NCBI RefSeq assembly: GCF_000039765.1
Contig: NC_004460.2
Span: 660,001 to 692,000 of the forward strand
Direction of reading: 5' to 3'
Source of the DNA: Vibrio vulnificus CMCP6
Lineage (GTDB): Bacteria; Pseudomonadota; Gammaproteobacteria; Enterobacterales; Vibrionaceae
DNA: 32,000 nucleotides
Shown one piece after another: positions 1 through 10,190 of this stretch. Numbering within the stretch: position 1 is the stretch's first letter; the number at the start of each line of letters is the position of its first letter. The position numbers and the translations under genes were made by a program. The notes below the pieces were generated by a model. The model did no database searches and was not told the DNA's origin. It saw nothing but the letters and a program-made list of their open reading frames with translations.

Positions 1-214
1 TCAAGCGCATCTTGATTTGCAAGGCCAGAAAATGATGCCGATTCACAACAGTACCTTTGATTTAGCAATGCACGATTGGCATGAACCGATGGAAAAAGCG
101 CGACAGATCAGCGAAGAAAAAGGCGTGACGATGATCAGCCCAGAGATTGGTCAGCGCCTTGTGCTTAATGAAGAATCACCACTCAAACCCTGGTGGTTAG
201 AAGATAACGGCTAA
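1..214 (+). CDS. MBL-fold (beta-lactamase superfamily) metallohydrolase, C-terminal part, truncated by window start
   Basis: Open frame from the window edge ending ...QGQKMMPIHNSTFDLAMHDWHEPMEKARQISEEKG..., typical of the C-terminal region of RomA/UlaG-like Zn hydrolases. Confidence 0.6.
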   Translation, partial: QAHLDLQGQKMMPIHNSTFDLAMHDWHEPMEKARQISEEKGVTMISPEIGQRLVLNEESPLKPWWLEDNG

Positions 215-337
215 AGCCACACATGGAGGATGCAGGCACACGCGACCAAAGTGACTGCATCGCACCTTAGCCAGCATGCCAAGCGTAAGCAGGGAGTGCT
301 AGGCGTACCAAGCCTCTCTGAAACGCCTTGTATGCCA

Positions 338-826
338 TTATTCTTCAGTAACTTTTTCAAATAAGCCTAATACATCAAAAGGCTTTGAAAAAAAGTCATT
401 CGACAAAATAAACGCTTTGGATTCTTGGTCTAGTGATTCAAAGTTGACTTTTTGAGAATGGTCTACACTAAACGTCAATTTTTCAGTTGATTTTATTAGA
501 TTGATTGTTGTTTCTCTAGAAGAGTTGCTTTTCACATAAAGCAGTACATAGGCCAAATTTTTCTTTTGCTCCAACGTGCATTTTTCCATCGCCAAATAAT
601 TTACGTAGGGCAATATTGAAAAGAAAGAATCCGATTTATCTTTTAAGTATGAAATCGTACTTTCACTTGGCTTGTTTTCTAACGCTATTTTTCTACAATG
701 CTCAATTTTTTCACCTAAGGTTGAAATTGATAAATTCAAGTCAGAATACATTTGATCTTCTATATCCGCTTTTGCAAAAAACGGCAAAAACATCAATAAA
801 AAACCCAAAAACAAAACATTCCTCAT
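338..826 (-). CDS. Putative secreted/periplasmic hypothetical protein
   Basis: 162 aa ORF with N-terminal signal-like sequence MRNVLFLGFLLMFLPFFAKA; no family recognised. Confidence 0.5.
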   Translation of the reverse strand: MRNVLFLGFLLMFLPFFAKADIEDQMYSDLNLSISTLGEKIEHCRKIALENKPSESTISYLKDKSDSFFSILPYVNYLAMEKCTLEQKKNLAYVLLYVKSNSSRETTINLIKSTEKLTFSVDHSQKVNFESLDQESKAFILSNDFFSKPFDVLGLFEKVTEE

Positions 827-1357
827 AGTTTACACCCATCAGAAATAGCTTTCCAAAATCTGTATTGCTTCCTATCAGAAGTGTGAATTACTGCTTGATA
901 AGTCGCTATATCATATATTTGATTTAACTTAATCGTTTCAAGTTCACGGTTCGATTTTGTTTATTTATTCTTATACATCACAGTTCGAAACACAGATATT
1001 TTTCTGATATAAACTGAACCACTTACATCTTAAATAAACTCACATCAAATACTTTGAATATAAAAATACCACATTGCTATCTAATTAATAGATTTCATTA
1101 ATGATAAATTATATTCAAGATCTCACATCGAAAACTATAACTACAACAGCTGGACACTTTTCCATTTAATATATCCTCTATAAATTTTGAGGATAATATG
1201 TTACTACACTTTAAGGGTGATTATTTGTTAATAAATGCGAATGCGATCGTAAATGCACTTTATTGCATAAATTGCACCTCAACCACCGATAACCTGACCA
1301 ACAAGCCACACAGTGTGGCTTGTTGCGTTTTCTGCACGCAACAAATCGTTGACTTAC

Positions 1358-1403
1358 TTTGACAATCAAACTAAATTGATTTTCAAATATTTTGACTATC
1401 AAA
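1358..1403. promoter_or_regulatory. Three 13-bp palindromic sites upstream of the transporter/MarR operon (candidate MarR-family operators)
   Basis: TTTGACAATCAAA (1358-1370), ATTGATTTTCAAA (1375-1387), TTTGACTATCAAA (1391-1403); each TTTGA-N3-TCAAA or near, centres ~16-17 bp apart. Confidence 0.5.
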
Positions 1404-1420
1404 CAAATGGATTTTCTTTT

Positions 1421-2338
1421 ATGTCTGCTTGCTCTCAAAGCCACCGATTTACCACACACAATCAACAGGGTGAAAAACGCACTTTTTACGTTCTTTTACT
1501 CACCCTTTTTACAATGGTGGCGGAAATTGTTGCGGGTACCCTTTACGGCTCCATGGCACTACTGGCTGACGGTTGGCACATGGGGACGCACGCGGCGGCC
1601 TTTTGCATCACCCTCTTTGCGTATCGCTATGCGAAAAAACACGCGCACAGTGCTCGTTTCTCTTTTGGCACGGGGAAAGTCAGCGTGCTTGGTGGTTTTA
1701 CCAGCGCGATTGCTTTAGGAATCGTCGCCTTGCTGATGGTGGTGGAATCGGTTCACCGCCTGTTTAATCCTGAAAGTATTCAATTTAATGAAGCGATCTT
1801 GGTGGCAGTGGTTGGATTATCCGTCAATGTCGCCAGTATGTTCTTGCTGCATGATCACCATCATCACGATCACGGCGATCATCATCATGACCATCACCAC
1901 GAACATGCGCATGAGCACCATCACGACCACAATCTGCGCGCCGCTTATCTTCATGTTTTGGCGGATGCCCTCACTTCAATCTTGGCCATTGCGGCCCTCA
2001 TCATTGGTAAGTTCTACGGCTGGATTTGGCTCGATGCATTGATGGGCATCGTGGGTGCACTGGTGATTGGTAAATGGACCTTCGGACTGGTGAAACAAAC
2101 AGCGCCCATTTTGCTTGACGAAAGCATTGAATCGAATTATATCGAGCAGCTTAAACACGCGTTAAGCCCTTATGCCACCGTGACCGATTTGCATGTGTGG
2201 CGGATCAGCGGCCACCATTACGGCGCGATCATCAGCTTGGTGGATCACAGCAAAACCTCGTATGAGGAATATAAACACATGCTGGAAAAATTTGATAAGA
2301 TTCACCACCTCACGTTGGAACTGCAACCGGCCAAGTAA
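1421..2338 (+). CDS. dmeF: Cation diffusion facilitator (CDF) metal efflux transporter, DmeF-like
   Basis: GSMALLADGWHMGTHA (TM2 metal-binding motif), His-rich cytosolic loop HDHHHHDHGDHHHDHHHEHAHEHHHDHN, second HVLADALTSI motif; start taken at ATG 1421 rather than the longer ORF start 1313. Confidence 0.85.
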   Translation: MSACSQSHRFTTHNQQGEKRTFYVLLLTLFTMVAEIVAGTLYGSMALLADGWHMGTHAAAFCITLFAYRYAKKHAHSARFSFGTGKVSVLGGFTSAIALGIVALLMVVESVHRLFNPESIQFNEAILVAVVGLSVNVASMFLLHDHHHHDHGDHHHDHHHEHAHEHHHDHNLRAAYLHVLADALTSILAIAALIIGKFYGWIWLDALMGIVGALVIGKWTFGLVKQTAPILLDESIESNYIEQLKHALSPYATVTDLHVWRISGHHYGAIISLVDHSKTSYEEYKHMLEKFDKIHHLTLELQPAK

Positions 2339-2754
2339 TGCGAAATTTAGAAAAACTCAATCAAACTCTGACTGAATTCTACGACAAGATGTCTTCGTGG
2401 GAGCAATCGGTGGTGAAAGAAACCGGCTACTCATTGGCGCAAATTCACACCATTGAAGTGCTCGGCTGTCATGGCGCGTTGCGAATGAAAGAACTGGCAG
2501 AAAAGCTTGGCATCACGACAGGCACACTGACGGTGCAGATAGAAAAACTGGTCAAAGCAGAGTTGATTGAGCGCTGCGCACTCCCAGAAGATCGACGTGC
2601 CATCGTGGTCAAGCTAACAGAAGCAGGACAAGTGATTCACCGCCAACACAATCAACTGCATCTTGATTTGGTTCGCGAGCTCACACGCCATATCGACGAA
2701 GAGCAGCAAGCACTGCTGCTCTCTTGTCTTGAGAAGATGAATCAAGAGTTTTGA
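2338..2754 (+). CDS. MarR family transcriptional regulator
   Basis: Winged-helix MarR pattern (MKELAEKLGITTGTLTVQIEKLVKAELIERCALPEDRRAIVVKLTEAG); start overlaps stop of the CDF gene (TAATG). Confidence 0.85.
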   Translation: MRNLEKLNQTLTEFYDKMSSWEQSVVKETGYSLAQIHTIEVLGCHGALRMKELAEKLGITTGTLTVQIEKLVKAELIERCALPEDRRAIVVKLTEAGQVIHRQHNQLHLDLVRELTRHIDEEQQALLLSCLEKMNQEF

Positions 2755-3161
2755 GGTTTTAGCTCAACCGTATTGCCCTCAGGATCGGAGAGGTAAATGG
2801 AACGGCCAAATCCCTGCGCGCCATAACGATCGGCGAAATCTTCCACCTTCACCCCGTTTTGAATGAGAAAATCGAGAATCTCTTGCTCATCTTTAGGGGT
2901 AATTTGCAAACAGAAATGATCCAGATTTCGCCCTTCTTGCTCGGGCGCTCTGCCGCCTTGTTGCCCGAGCTTGCTGTCCACCGTGACCAGATCAATCAGT
3001 GCACTGCCTGCTCGCAACTGAGTTAAACCAAACTCGGCCACTTCACGCTCAACAACACAACCTAAAATATCGCAATAAAATGCCAGCATCTTGGGCAGAT
3101 CCACCACCCTCAACACAATGTGATCAATCGCTTGCAACTGAATTGGCCTCGCCTTCTCCAT
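2742..3161 (-). CDS. VOC superfamily (glyoxalase/dioxygenase-like) protein
   Basis: IDHIVLRVVDLPKMLAFYCDILGC...FGRSIYLSDPEGNTVELK. Confidence 0.85.
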   Translation of the reverse strand: MEKARPIQLQAIDHIVLRVVDLPKMLAFYCDILGCVVEREVAEFGLTQLRAGSALIDLVTVDSKLGQQGGRAPEQEGRNLDHFCLQITPKDEQEILDFLIQNGVKVEDFADRYGAQGFGRSIYLSDPEGNTVELKPQNS

Positions 3162-3190
3162 GACGTTTCTCTCCTTTCGGTTATTTTTAG

Positions 3191-3622
3191 TTATAGCGTG
3201 TAATCGTTTTTCAGATCATTTTCTTGACTAAAGTACTCAACAAATTCGAACTGGAAACCATGATCTTCGAGATAGTAAACGCTCTTGCGATGTGGATGAT
3301 CGCCACCCCAATGATCTAAAGCGTAGCCCGCTAACGCGAGTCGTTCGACCACCGCATCCACATTGGGTACCACGATACCAATATGCTTTACCCCCGTGAA
3401 AGCCGTTGTCCAATTCGCTGCATCCCCCTCTCCACCAGTGCTGATGGCGATATAACTGTGTTCATCGCCAACATGGAACCACTCGATCGCGCGGCCAAAC
3501 CAGTTGTCCAACTTTCCCCCGCCACGCACTCGCCATTCGGGAATCGCACTGGTTAAGAAGTTAATGGTTTTCTGCGCATCAACCACCGACATGTTGGCGT
3601 GTTCTACATAGCTTTTCATCAT
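3191..3622 (-). CDS. VOC family protein
   Basis: GVKHIGIVVPNVDAVVERLALAGY...HPHRKSVYYLEDHGFQFEFVEY glyoxalase-like fold pattern. Confidence 0.75.
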   Translation of the reverse strand: MMKSYVEHANMSVVDAQKTINFLTSAIPEWRVRGGGKLDNWFGRAIEWFHVGDEHSYIAISTGGEGDAANWTTAFTGVKHIGIVVPNVDAVVERLALAGYALDHWGGDHPHRKSVYYLEDHGFQFEFVEYFSQENDLKNDYTL

Positions 3623-3861
3623 TTTGCTCCTTGCACTTAACTGACAAAGAACAGCCTAAAACCTCAAGTTAAATTGAGGTAAAGCATGAATTTAAAGACG
3701 AAAACAGAAAAGAGAGATTGATCACACAAACTTTCCCAAATGACGGATTTCGAGAAAGGAGAATTATCGGTTGAAGTCCCCCCTTAAAAGCCTCAGAATG
3801 TCGCACTTTTGGCTGATAGCGAAATCGTCGGCCCTGACTTTACTAACATAGAGAATCATAC

Positions 3862-5391
3862 ATGGGTTTTACCTCCTTAGGTCTGTCTGCACCAATCCTT
3901 AAAGCTATTCAGGAAAAAGGCTATGACACCCCTTCTCCCATCCAATTGCAGGCCATCCCTGCTATTTTAGAAGGCAAAGATGTCATGGCGGCGGCACAGA
4001 CAGGAACAGGTAAAACTGCGGGCTTCACGCTGCCTATTCTTGAACGTCTGGCGAAGGGGCCACGTGTGCGTGCAAACCACATTCGTGCGCTTATCTTAAC
4101 GCCGACCCGCGAATTAGCCGCGCAAGTACAAGAAAACGTCTTTATGTACAGCCGCCATTTGGATTTAAACAGTGCAGTGGTGTTTGGTGGTGTGAAAATC
4201 AACCCACAAATGCTGCGCCTGCGTAAAGGTGCTGATGTGTTGGTAGCAACACCAGGCCGCTTGATGGACTTGTACAGCCAAAATGCAGTGAAGTTTGATC
4301 AGCTCGAAGTGCTCATACTGGACGAAGCCGACCGCATGTTGGATATGGGTTTCATTCGTGATATCCGCAAAATTCTGGCTTTGTTGCCTGCAAAACGCCA
4401 AAACCTGCTGTTCTCAGCCACGTTTTCTGACGAAATTCGCGAACTGGCAAAAGGCTTGGTGAACAACCCTATCGAGATTTCAGTTAACCCAGCCAACTCA
4501 ACGGCTCGCACCGTAGAGCAATGCATCTACCCAGCAGACGTAAAGAAAAAACCAGCGATGCTTGCCAAGCTGATTAAAGACGGTGACTGGCAACAAGTAC
4601 TGGTGTTTACTCGCACCAAGCATGGCGCAAACCGCCTCGCGGCTTTCCTTACCGATCAAGGCCTGACTGCCGCTGCTATCCACGGCAACAAGAGCCAAGG
4701 TGCACGTACCAAAGCGTTGGCGGATTTTAAATCAGGCGAGGTTCGCGTATTGGTAGCAACCGACATCGCCGCACGCGGTATCGACATTCCTCAGCTTCCT
4801 CAAGTCGTGAACTTTGAGCTTCCAAAAGTGGCGGAAGATTACGTACACCGCATTGGCCGTACTGGCCGCGCCGGTGAAACGGGTAAGGCAATTTCTCTAG
4901 TATGTGCGCTCGAAGCGCCTGAATTGTTTGCCATTGAGCGTTTGATTCAAGAACTGCTACCTCGTAAAGCGCTGGAAGGTTACGCACCAACCAACGCAGT
5001 ACCAGAGTCTAAACTGGATACGCGCCCAATTAAGCCGAAAAAACCGAAGAAGCCAAAGAAACCGAAAGCACCTAATGCGGAAGCAGCAGGCAGTGATGCG
5101 AGCAGCAAAGGCAACCAAAAGGCGAAAGCTGCAGACAAACCTCAAGGGCAAAACCGTGGCAATGGCAAAGCCAAACGTCAGTTCTCTGCACCAAAAGAAG
5201 GTAACAACGATTCAACCAACAAAGGTAAGAGACCAAATACAAAGGGCTCGAAACCTGCGAACAACGCGAATGGCAAAACAAACGGCAAGCCAAGTCACGC
5301 CAAACCAAACAGCGCGAAAACTGGTAACAGCAAGCCTGCCAATGGCAAGCCATCGGCTCAACGTCGTAAGCCACGTCCACAAAGCGCTTAA
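3862..5391 (+). CDS. rhlE: ATP-dependent RNA helicase RhlE-type (DEAD box), with long basic low-complexity C-terminal tail
   Basis: Q motif, [57 protein letters not shown]; C-term [13 protein letters not shown] and N/K/G-rich tail. Confidence 0.92.
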   Translation: MGFTSLGLSAPILKAIQEKGYDTPSPIQLQAIPAILEGKDVMAAAQTGTGKTAGFTLPILERLAKGPRVRANHIRALILTPTRELAAQVQENVFMYSRHLDLNSAVVFGGVKINPQMLRLRKGADVLVATPGRLMDLYSQNAVKFDQLEVLILDEADRMLDMGFIRDIRKILALLPAKRQNLLFSATFSDEIRELAKGLVNNPIEISVNPANSTARTVEQCIYPADVKKKPAMLAKLIKDGDWQQVLVFTRTKHGANRLAAFLTDQGLTAAAIHGNKSQGARTKALADFKSGEVRVLVATDIAARGIDIPQLPQVVNFELPKVAEDYVHRIGRTGRAGETGKAISLVCALEAPELFAIERLIQELLPRKALEGYAPTNAVPESKLDTRPIKPKKPKKPKKPKAPNAEAAGSDASSKGNQKAKAADKPQGQNRGNGKAKRQFSAPKEGNNDSTNKGKRPNTKGSKPANNANGKTNGKPSHAKPNSAKTGNSKPANGKPSAQRRKPRPQSA

Positions 5392-5403
5392 CGGTTAAAA
5401 CGA

Positions 5404-5428
5404 CAAGAGCCACACATTGTGGCTCTTC
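5404..5428 (+). terminator. Hairpin terminator after rhlE
   Basis: AAGAGCCACAcatTGTGGCTCTT followed by ctctta just after the rhlE stop. Confidence 0.6.
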
Positions 5429-5455
5429 TCTTATTCCAATCCCCGTCATCCCAGC

Positions 5456-5863
5456 TTACAAACCCTCAGCAGAAAAACGTGCACTCCTTGCTTGTGATAA
5501 GCTGCAGTGCGTTTGCGACATCAACTCCGCCAAGGTAATCGCCGGATTTTCCATCACCAAACGCTGTAATTTGTCTTCCAGTGGCTCCAGCTTCTCACTG
5601 TGTGAAGCCAACGCCAATTGCATTTTTTTGACTAAATAGCTGGCCGAGTTTTCTTCCAAGCGCCTTACTTGGTCATAAAACGCCTGAAGTGCTAAGGCTT
5701 CGCCAGCAATTTGCCAATGGCGAGATCGACGAACGCGCTTAAGTTCACAACCATGATCCGCCGCCACGCTTTTCAAGTGCTTTGTCGTCTCCCCACCAAT
5801 ACGATGAATCAAGGACGGCAAAGCAATCACCACGAGTTGTTCATTCACGGGCTTAGCTTTCAT
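5456..5863 (-). CDS. Small ribosome-recycling-factor-family-like protein (Vibrio-type)
   Basis: 135 aa; MKAKPVNEQLVVIALPSLIHRIGG...AADHGCELKRVRRSRHWQIAG; family name recalled, not verified. Confidence 0.5.
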   Translation of the reverse strand: MKAKPVNEQLVVIALPSLIHRIGGETTKHLKSVAADHGCELKRVRRSRHWQIAGEALALQAFYDQVRRLEENSASYLVKKMQLALASHSEKLEPLEDKLQRLVMENPAITLAELMSQTHCSLSQARSARFSAEGL

Positions 5864-5899
5864 GTTTTTAGGATCCTTGCCCAGATTACAGTGACACCA

Positions 5900-6523
5900 T
5901 TATTGGCTTTGCTTCCACCACAAATACAAACCTTCAATATCTGCCGAGCACATCAAGGCCATGCATTGGCCAAGCTGTTCATCTGACCATTGCCACCATT
6001 GCATTTCTTGCAGCATCTCAATCTCTTGGGGAGAAAAACGAAATTTGATGTGTTTAGCAGGGTTTGAACCCACTACCTCATAAGGTGCCACATCTTTGGT
6101 CACCACCGCGCGACTGGCGATTATCGCGCCATCTCCAATCGTCACACCTGGCATGATCATCGCTTCCGAGCCAATCCATACATCGTGACCAATGCGCGTA
6201 TCCCCAGCTCTTACAAAGCCATCTTTCGCTTCTGAAAAGTTAGGATTTTGTTGGTAGAAGAAAGGAAAAGTGCTGACCCAATCCGTTCTATGGCCTTGGT
6301 TTCCTGCCATCATGAACACCGCGCCTGAGCCAACTGAGCAAAAGCTACCGATAATCAGCTTGTCCACATCATTTCGCTCTGGATTTAGGTAACGCACGCA
6401 ATCATCAAAACCGTGGCCATGATAATAGCCAGAGTAGTAGCTATGCCGTCCAACGATGATATTAGGATTGGTAATTTGCTCTTGGATAGGCTTACCCGAA
6501 AATGGACTGTCAAAGTAATTCAT
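5900..6523 (-). CDS. CatB-related xenobiotic O-acetyltransferase (left-handed beta-helix)
   Basis: Hexapeptide-repeat acetyltransferase with [31 protein letters not shown] and [56 protein letters not shown]. Confidence 0.9.
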   Translation of the reverse strand: MNYFDSPFSGKPIQEQITNPNIIVGRHSYYSGYYHGHGFDDCVRYLNPERNDVDKLIIGSFCSVGSGAVFMMAGNQGHRTDWVSTFPFFYQQNPNFSEAKDGFVRAGDTRIGHDVWIGSEAMIMPGVTIGDGAIIASRAVVTKDVAPYEVVGSNPAKHIKFRFSPQEIEMLQEMQWWQWSDEQLGQCMALMCSADIEGLYLWWKQSQ

Positions 6524-6533
6524 CTTGTTCTCG

Positions 6534-6908
6534 TTATTTCATCTCACTGTGGTATTCGCTAAGTTGGTAACGTACCTTACCCGCTTCTTCCAGTGTAAAA
6601 ATCCAGACACTATTGTCCGATTCAAATCGATATTGATATGCGGTCTCTAAAGGCTGTAGCTGGCTAAGAAACTGCGCCATTTCTTTCTCTGCAATGACAA
6701 ACGAACCTTGAGAGGTGTTGCTGTCCAGATCATTCGCCACCTCAATTTGCGTGGTCGACACAGGCAGAACATCTGGCAGCCACCCTCTTTCAAAGAGTTG
6801 ATCCGCTTGAGCCTGCTGGTAATTATCATAGTGGCTTTGAACTATATCAGAGCAGCCCGCTAAAACGAGGAGCAAAAGAAGAAAACGCACTTTCATTGGT
6901 CTATCCAT
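6534..6908 (-). CDS. Putative small lipoprotein, function unknown
   Basis: 124 aa with lipobox-like [15 protein letters not shown]. Confidence 0.55.
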   Translation of the reverse strand: MDRPMKVRFLLLLLVLAGCSDIVQSHYDNYQQAQADQLFERGWLPDVLPVSTTQIEVANDLDSNTSQGSFVIAEKEMAQFLSQLQPLETAYQYRFESDNSVWIFTLEEAGKVRYQLSEYHSEMK

Positions 6909-7085
6909 TTATTTCAGTGATAATAAGCGAGCAAAAATCGCCAAAACATTCAGCGAAATTGTATAAGAAAAACGACTTGGCGTTTGTACCGCTCTGTCAA
7001 AGATTGGTAAGAACTAAACTGCTTTTCTCTATTGGTAATAAGGCGTACAGTGCCAACGCGTTTAAAAACAATGAGGAAGATTAGC

Positions 7086-7592
7086 ATGGCACTATTGTGT
7101 GAAACCGAGCGTTTGATTATTCGCCATTTTGAGCTTAGTGACAGCGATTTCATCATCCAACTGCTCAACCAAGCGTCGTTTATTCGCTACATTGCTGATA
7201 AAAACGTGCGCACCACCGAAGATGCGATTCAATACCTCACCAACGGCCCCATCGCCAGCTACCAACACTACGGCTTTGGTTTAAGCATGGTGGTGCTCAA
7301 AGCGTGTGGCACGCCCGTTGGCATGTGTGGCGTGCTAAAACGACCAGAGTTGGAACACCCAGATCTCGGCTACGCGTTTTTAGAAAAACATTGGCGCCAA
7401 GGCTATGCAGAAGAAGCCGCCAAAGCAGTATTGGCAGACGCTTTTGAACGGTATCAGTTGGAGCAGATTTTGGCCGTCACGCTACCAGACAACCAAGCCT
7501 CCAATGGATTATTGCAAAAACTCGGCTTTAGCCAACTTGGCACTAAAGAACTCTATGGCATGGAGAATAATTTATACGGCATTGTGGGTTAG
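7086..7592 (+). CDS. GNAT family N-acetyltransferase (RimJ/RimL type)
   Basis: ETERLIIRHFELSDSDFI...HPDLGYAFLEKHWRQGYAEEAAKAVLADAF...NQASNGLLQKLGF; start taken at ATG 7086. Confidence 0.85.
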   Translation: MALLCETERLIIRHFELSDSDFIIQLLNQASFIRYIADKNVRTTEDAIQYLTNGPIASYQHYGFGLSMVVLKACGTPVGMCGVLKRPELEHPDLGYAFLEKHWRQGYAEEAAKAVLADAFERYQLEQILAVTLPDNQASNGLLQKLGFSQLGTKELYGMENNLYGIVG

Positions 7593-7820
7593 AGCCTGCG
7601 TTGAGCCATGCCATCATAACCGTTTCAACTTATCCCCTTGAGAAAAGTAGAAGGCTTAACTACATGCTTAAGGCCTTCTGATTTGCTTGTCTTGCCAAGG
7701 AACAAAGATCACAATTATTTAACATTTATCCGCAAACACACTTCTGTCATCCATATTTAACGTGTGAGTAATATTTATAAATAAGAATAATCGCTCTAAC
7801 CTAACTTATGGATAAGAAAG

Positions 7821-9149
7821 ATGAAAATAACGCAGTGGAGTCTGATCCTTACAGGCTTAATCGCAATGCCTGCTCTGGCAGATACCGACGTTTACCTAAC
7901 GAACAACTCTGATCAACCGTTAACCATCCAAGTCAAACACGATGGCAGCGACTTACTCAAATATGGTGATGAATGGCAACAGCATGTGCAAACTCTTGGC
8001 CCTTGGGAGACCAAATCGGTTCTTAGTTTTAACCGCTGGGAAGGAGTGAAAACCAATCATACCTACCGCTTTGAAACCGTGGTCTCTAACCCGAAAGGCG
8101 AAAGTATTTCCCTCAATCAGGTAATGAGGGGGCACTGGTACAACTCTTCGATTCAATATGGGGTTAGCGCAGCCGACGTTAATTTGTCTCTTAAAGATGA
8201 CCGCAATGTCCATCGCTCACCAACTTGGGCGTTTGGGGAACGTGAAGTGGAGTTGGCGTTTAAATCCTCCGCCACCGCTCGTTATGACGATCTTCACTAC
8301 ACCATCACACCAAGCAAGGTCTACGAGGTGGCCGATGACAACGATCAGCATCTTAAGATCATGACATACAACATCTGGGCTCTGCCTGCGATTGCATCCC
8401 ATATTGGTGAGCGTTTTGAGCTCATCCCAGACTATGTTAAAGGCTATGATGTGCTCGCATTACAAGAGGTTTTTGCCAATGGCCGCGATGCTTTTTTGCG
8501 TGAACTGGCCAAAGAGTACCCTTATCAAACCAAAATGTTGGATAAGGATGGCTTTAACATTTATGACGGTGGCGTGATCATTGTCAGCCGCTATCCGATT
8601 GTGAATCAGGCGCAGTTTGTTTTTCCTGATTGCACAGGTACCGATTGTTTTGCCGATAAAGGGGTAAATTACGCTGAAGTGATTAAAGGCGGTGAAGCCT
8701 ATCATGTGTTTGCCACACATACCGCGTCATACGATACCGATACTGCGCGCGACTACCGCCAGCGTCAGTTCAAACAGATGCGCGCCCTCGCTCAGTCATT
8801 AAAGATTCCGGCCAATGAGACCGTGGTATACAGCGGCGACTTCAACGTCAATAAGCGTAAGTTCCCAAGTGACTATCAACAGATGATCGCCAACTTAAGC
8901 GCGATTGAACCGCACTACTCAGGCTACACCGAATCAACATTTGATCCTCGTATCAACAATTTTGCAGGCGAGCCTCTCTCTGGTGGCGAGAACGTGGAAT
9001 ATCTCGACTACGTGATGGTGAGTAACGAGTACGCAGTGAAAGGCGATAACAACAACCATGTAGACATCCCCCGCTCAACGGCAGAAAGCTTATGGAAACA
9101 CTATAACCTTTCAGACCACTTCCCAGTTTCTACCGTGATCAAGCCATGA
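7821..9149 (+). CDS. Secreted sphingomyelinase-like phosphodiesterase (endonuclease/exonuclease/phosphatase superfamily)
   Basis: Signal peptide MKITQWSLILTGLIAMPALA; KIMTYNIWALP, LQEVF, THTASY, YSGDFNVN, LDYVMVS, NLSDHFPV: EEP catalytic motifs in the order seen in bacterial sphingomyelinases. Confidence 0.82.
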   Translation: MKITQWSLILTGLIAMPALADTDVYLTNNSDQPLTIQVKHDGSDLLKYGDEWQQHVQTLGPWETKSVLSFNRWEGVKTNHTYRFETVVSNPKGESISLNQVMRGHWYNSSIQYGVSAADVNLSLKDDRNVHRSPTWAFGEREVELAFKSSATARYDDLHYTITPSKVYEVADDNDQHLKIMTYNIWALPAIASHIGERFELIPDYVKGYDVLALQEVFANGRDAFLRELAKEYPYQTKMLDKDGFNIYDGGVIIVSRYPIVNQAQFVFPDCTGTDCFADKGVNYAEVIKGGEAYHVFATHTASYDTDTARDYRQRQFKQMRALAQSLKIPANETVVYSGDFNVNKRKFPSDYQQMIANLSAIEPHYSGYTESTFDPRINNFAGEPLSGGENVEYLDYVMVSNEYAVKGDNNNHVDIPRSTAESLWKHYNLSDHFPVSTVIKP

Positions 9150-10129
9150 TGCGTACCATCATCCTTGTTTTTGTCATCACCCTGTCCGCGCTTACCGCGG
9201 GCATGGGTTTTATCACGCTGTTCTCTGGTAACGAGAGTAATGCCGCCACTTCTGCTCAACGAGTGGAGGCCACATCATCTCAGAGTGTAGACACCATTCA
9301 TCATCAACCAACAGACACGATGGTTGCCACTAATGTAAATAGCGTTTCAGCGCGAAAGCAAACCGACAAAACATCCTCAAGCGAGTTACTGGCGGAAATC
9401 CTCCAACAAGCTCAAGGCCAAGAATTGATTGCTGAACTGGACGCCTTTTGGCTCGAATGCCAACCAGAGAAAGGATGCGAAGAACAATTGATGGCGTTAT
9501 CGCCTTATCTCTCAGCGGAACTGTTTGCGCTACTCTCTCAATACCCAGAATTGAACGCACAATGGCAACGCCATTTAGGCGATCTGCTATTTGACAAACA
9601 GCAAGCCTTAAGCGCTCGAATCGCGCAACTTAAAGCACAAGCGAGGGAGATTTGGGGCGAGTTGGCAGATATTCTGTTTGCCGATGAGTTCGCGCTTTAC
9701 GATTTCAGTCTCGACACCGAATCCATTCGCCAAAGCGATCCCGAGGAATTTGTAGCCAATTTTCAGCGTTTGATGGAGCAGTGGCAAAACCGCGAACAAT
9801 CATTAGGACTAGTGAACGATAGTGCCAAATATGAACGAGGTATTTCGCTCATCCCAAGTCATTTTAGCGATGCAGAGCAAGCCGCTATTCGTCAAACTCT
9901 GGAGCAAACTTATCTGTCCAAAGAAGAGCGTGCCAATCTTCAAGCTCGTGAACAAACGGTCGCTAAGCAACAGCAGCAAGTACAAGACTACCAAACCGCC
10001 CTTGCTGAGCTGCAATCGCACCTTAACAAACAAAGAGCCACCAGCCATGCAGAATGGCCTGAATCTGACTGGCAAAATTACTACCAACAGCAAGTCAGTG
10101 AATTTCGCCGTATGTTTTTCTCTTCCTAA
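9146..10129 (+). CDS. Membrane-anchored lipase-chaperone (Lif/LifO)-like protein
   Basis: Start overlaps sphingomyelinase stop (ATGA); single N-terminal TM, Thr/Ser-rich linker, extended helical region with ILFADEFALYDF resembling the Lif family; no clear RxxFDY motif. Confidence 0.45.
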   Translation: MMRTIILVFVITLSALTAGMGFITLFSGNESNAATSAQRVEATSSQSVDTIHHQPTDTMVATNVNSVSARKQTDKTSSSELLAEILQQAQGQELIAELDAFWLECQPEKGCEEQLMALSPYLSAELFALLSQYPELNAQWQRHLGDLLFDKQQALSARIAQLKAQAREIWGELADILFADEFALYDFSLDTESIRQSDPEEFVANFQRLMEQWQNREQSLGLVNDSAKYERGISLIPSHFSDAEQAAIRQTLEQTYLSKEERANLQAREQTVAKQQQQVQDYQTALAELQSHLNKQRATSHAEWPESDWQNYYQQQVSEFRRMFFSS

Positions 10130-10190
10130 GCCAAGCAAAAGGCACTTCACAGCTTAACGTCAGTGCCTTTTTACTCAACTGTAAGGGTTC

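Noticed and set aside
1211-1465. 84-aa minus-strand Cys-rich ORF
   Set aside because: Covers the promoter/operator region and the 5' end of the CDF gene; no RBS or family signature supports it.
5034-5076. [13 protein letters not shown]-coding repeat
   Set aside because: Short tandem coding repeat in the basic tail of an RhlE-type helicase; expected low-complexity region, not a mobile or CRISPR repeat.
5072-5449. 125-aa minus-strand ORF rich in Cys/Leu
   Set aside because: Antisense to the basic low-complexity tail of rhlE, where composition creates spurious open frames.
9809-10150. Opposing ORFs (minus 9809..10150; plus 9822..10157)
   Set aside because: Overlap the end of the chaperone-like CDS in other frames; composition artefacts.
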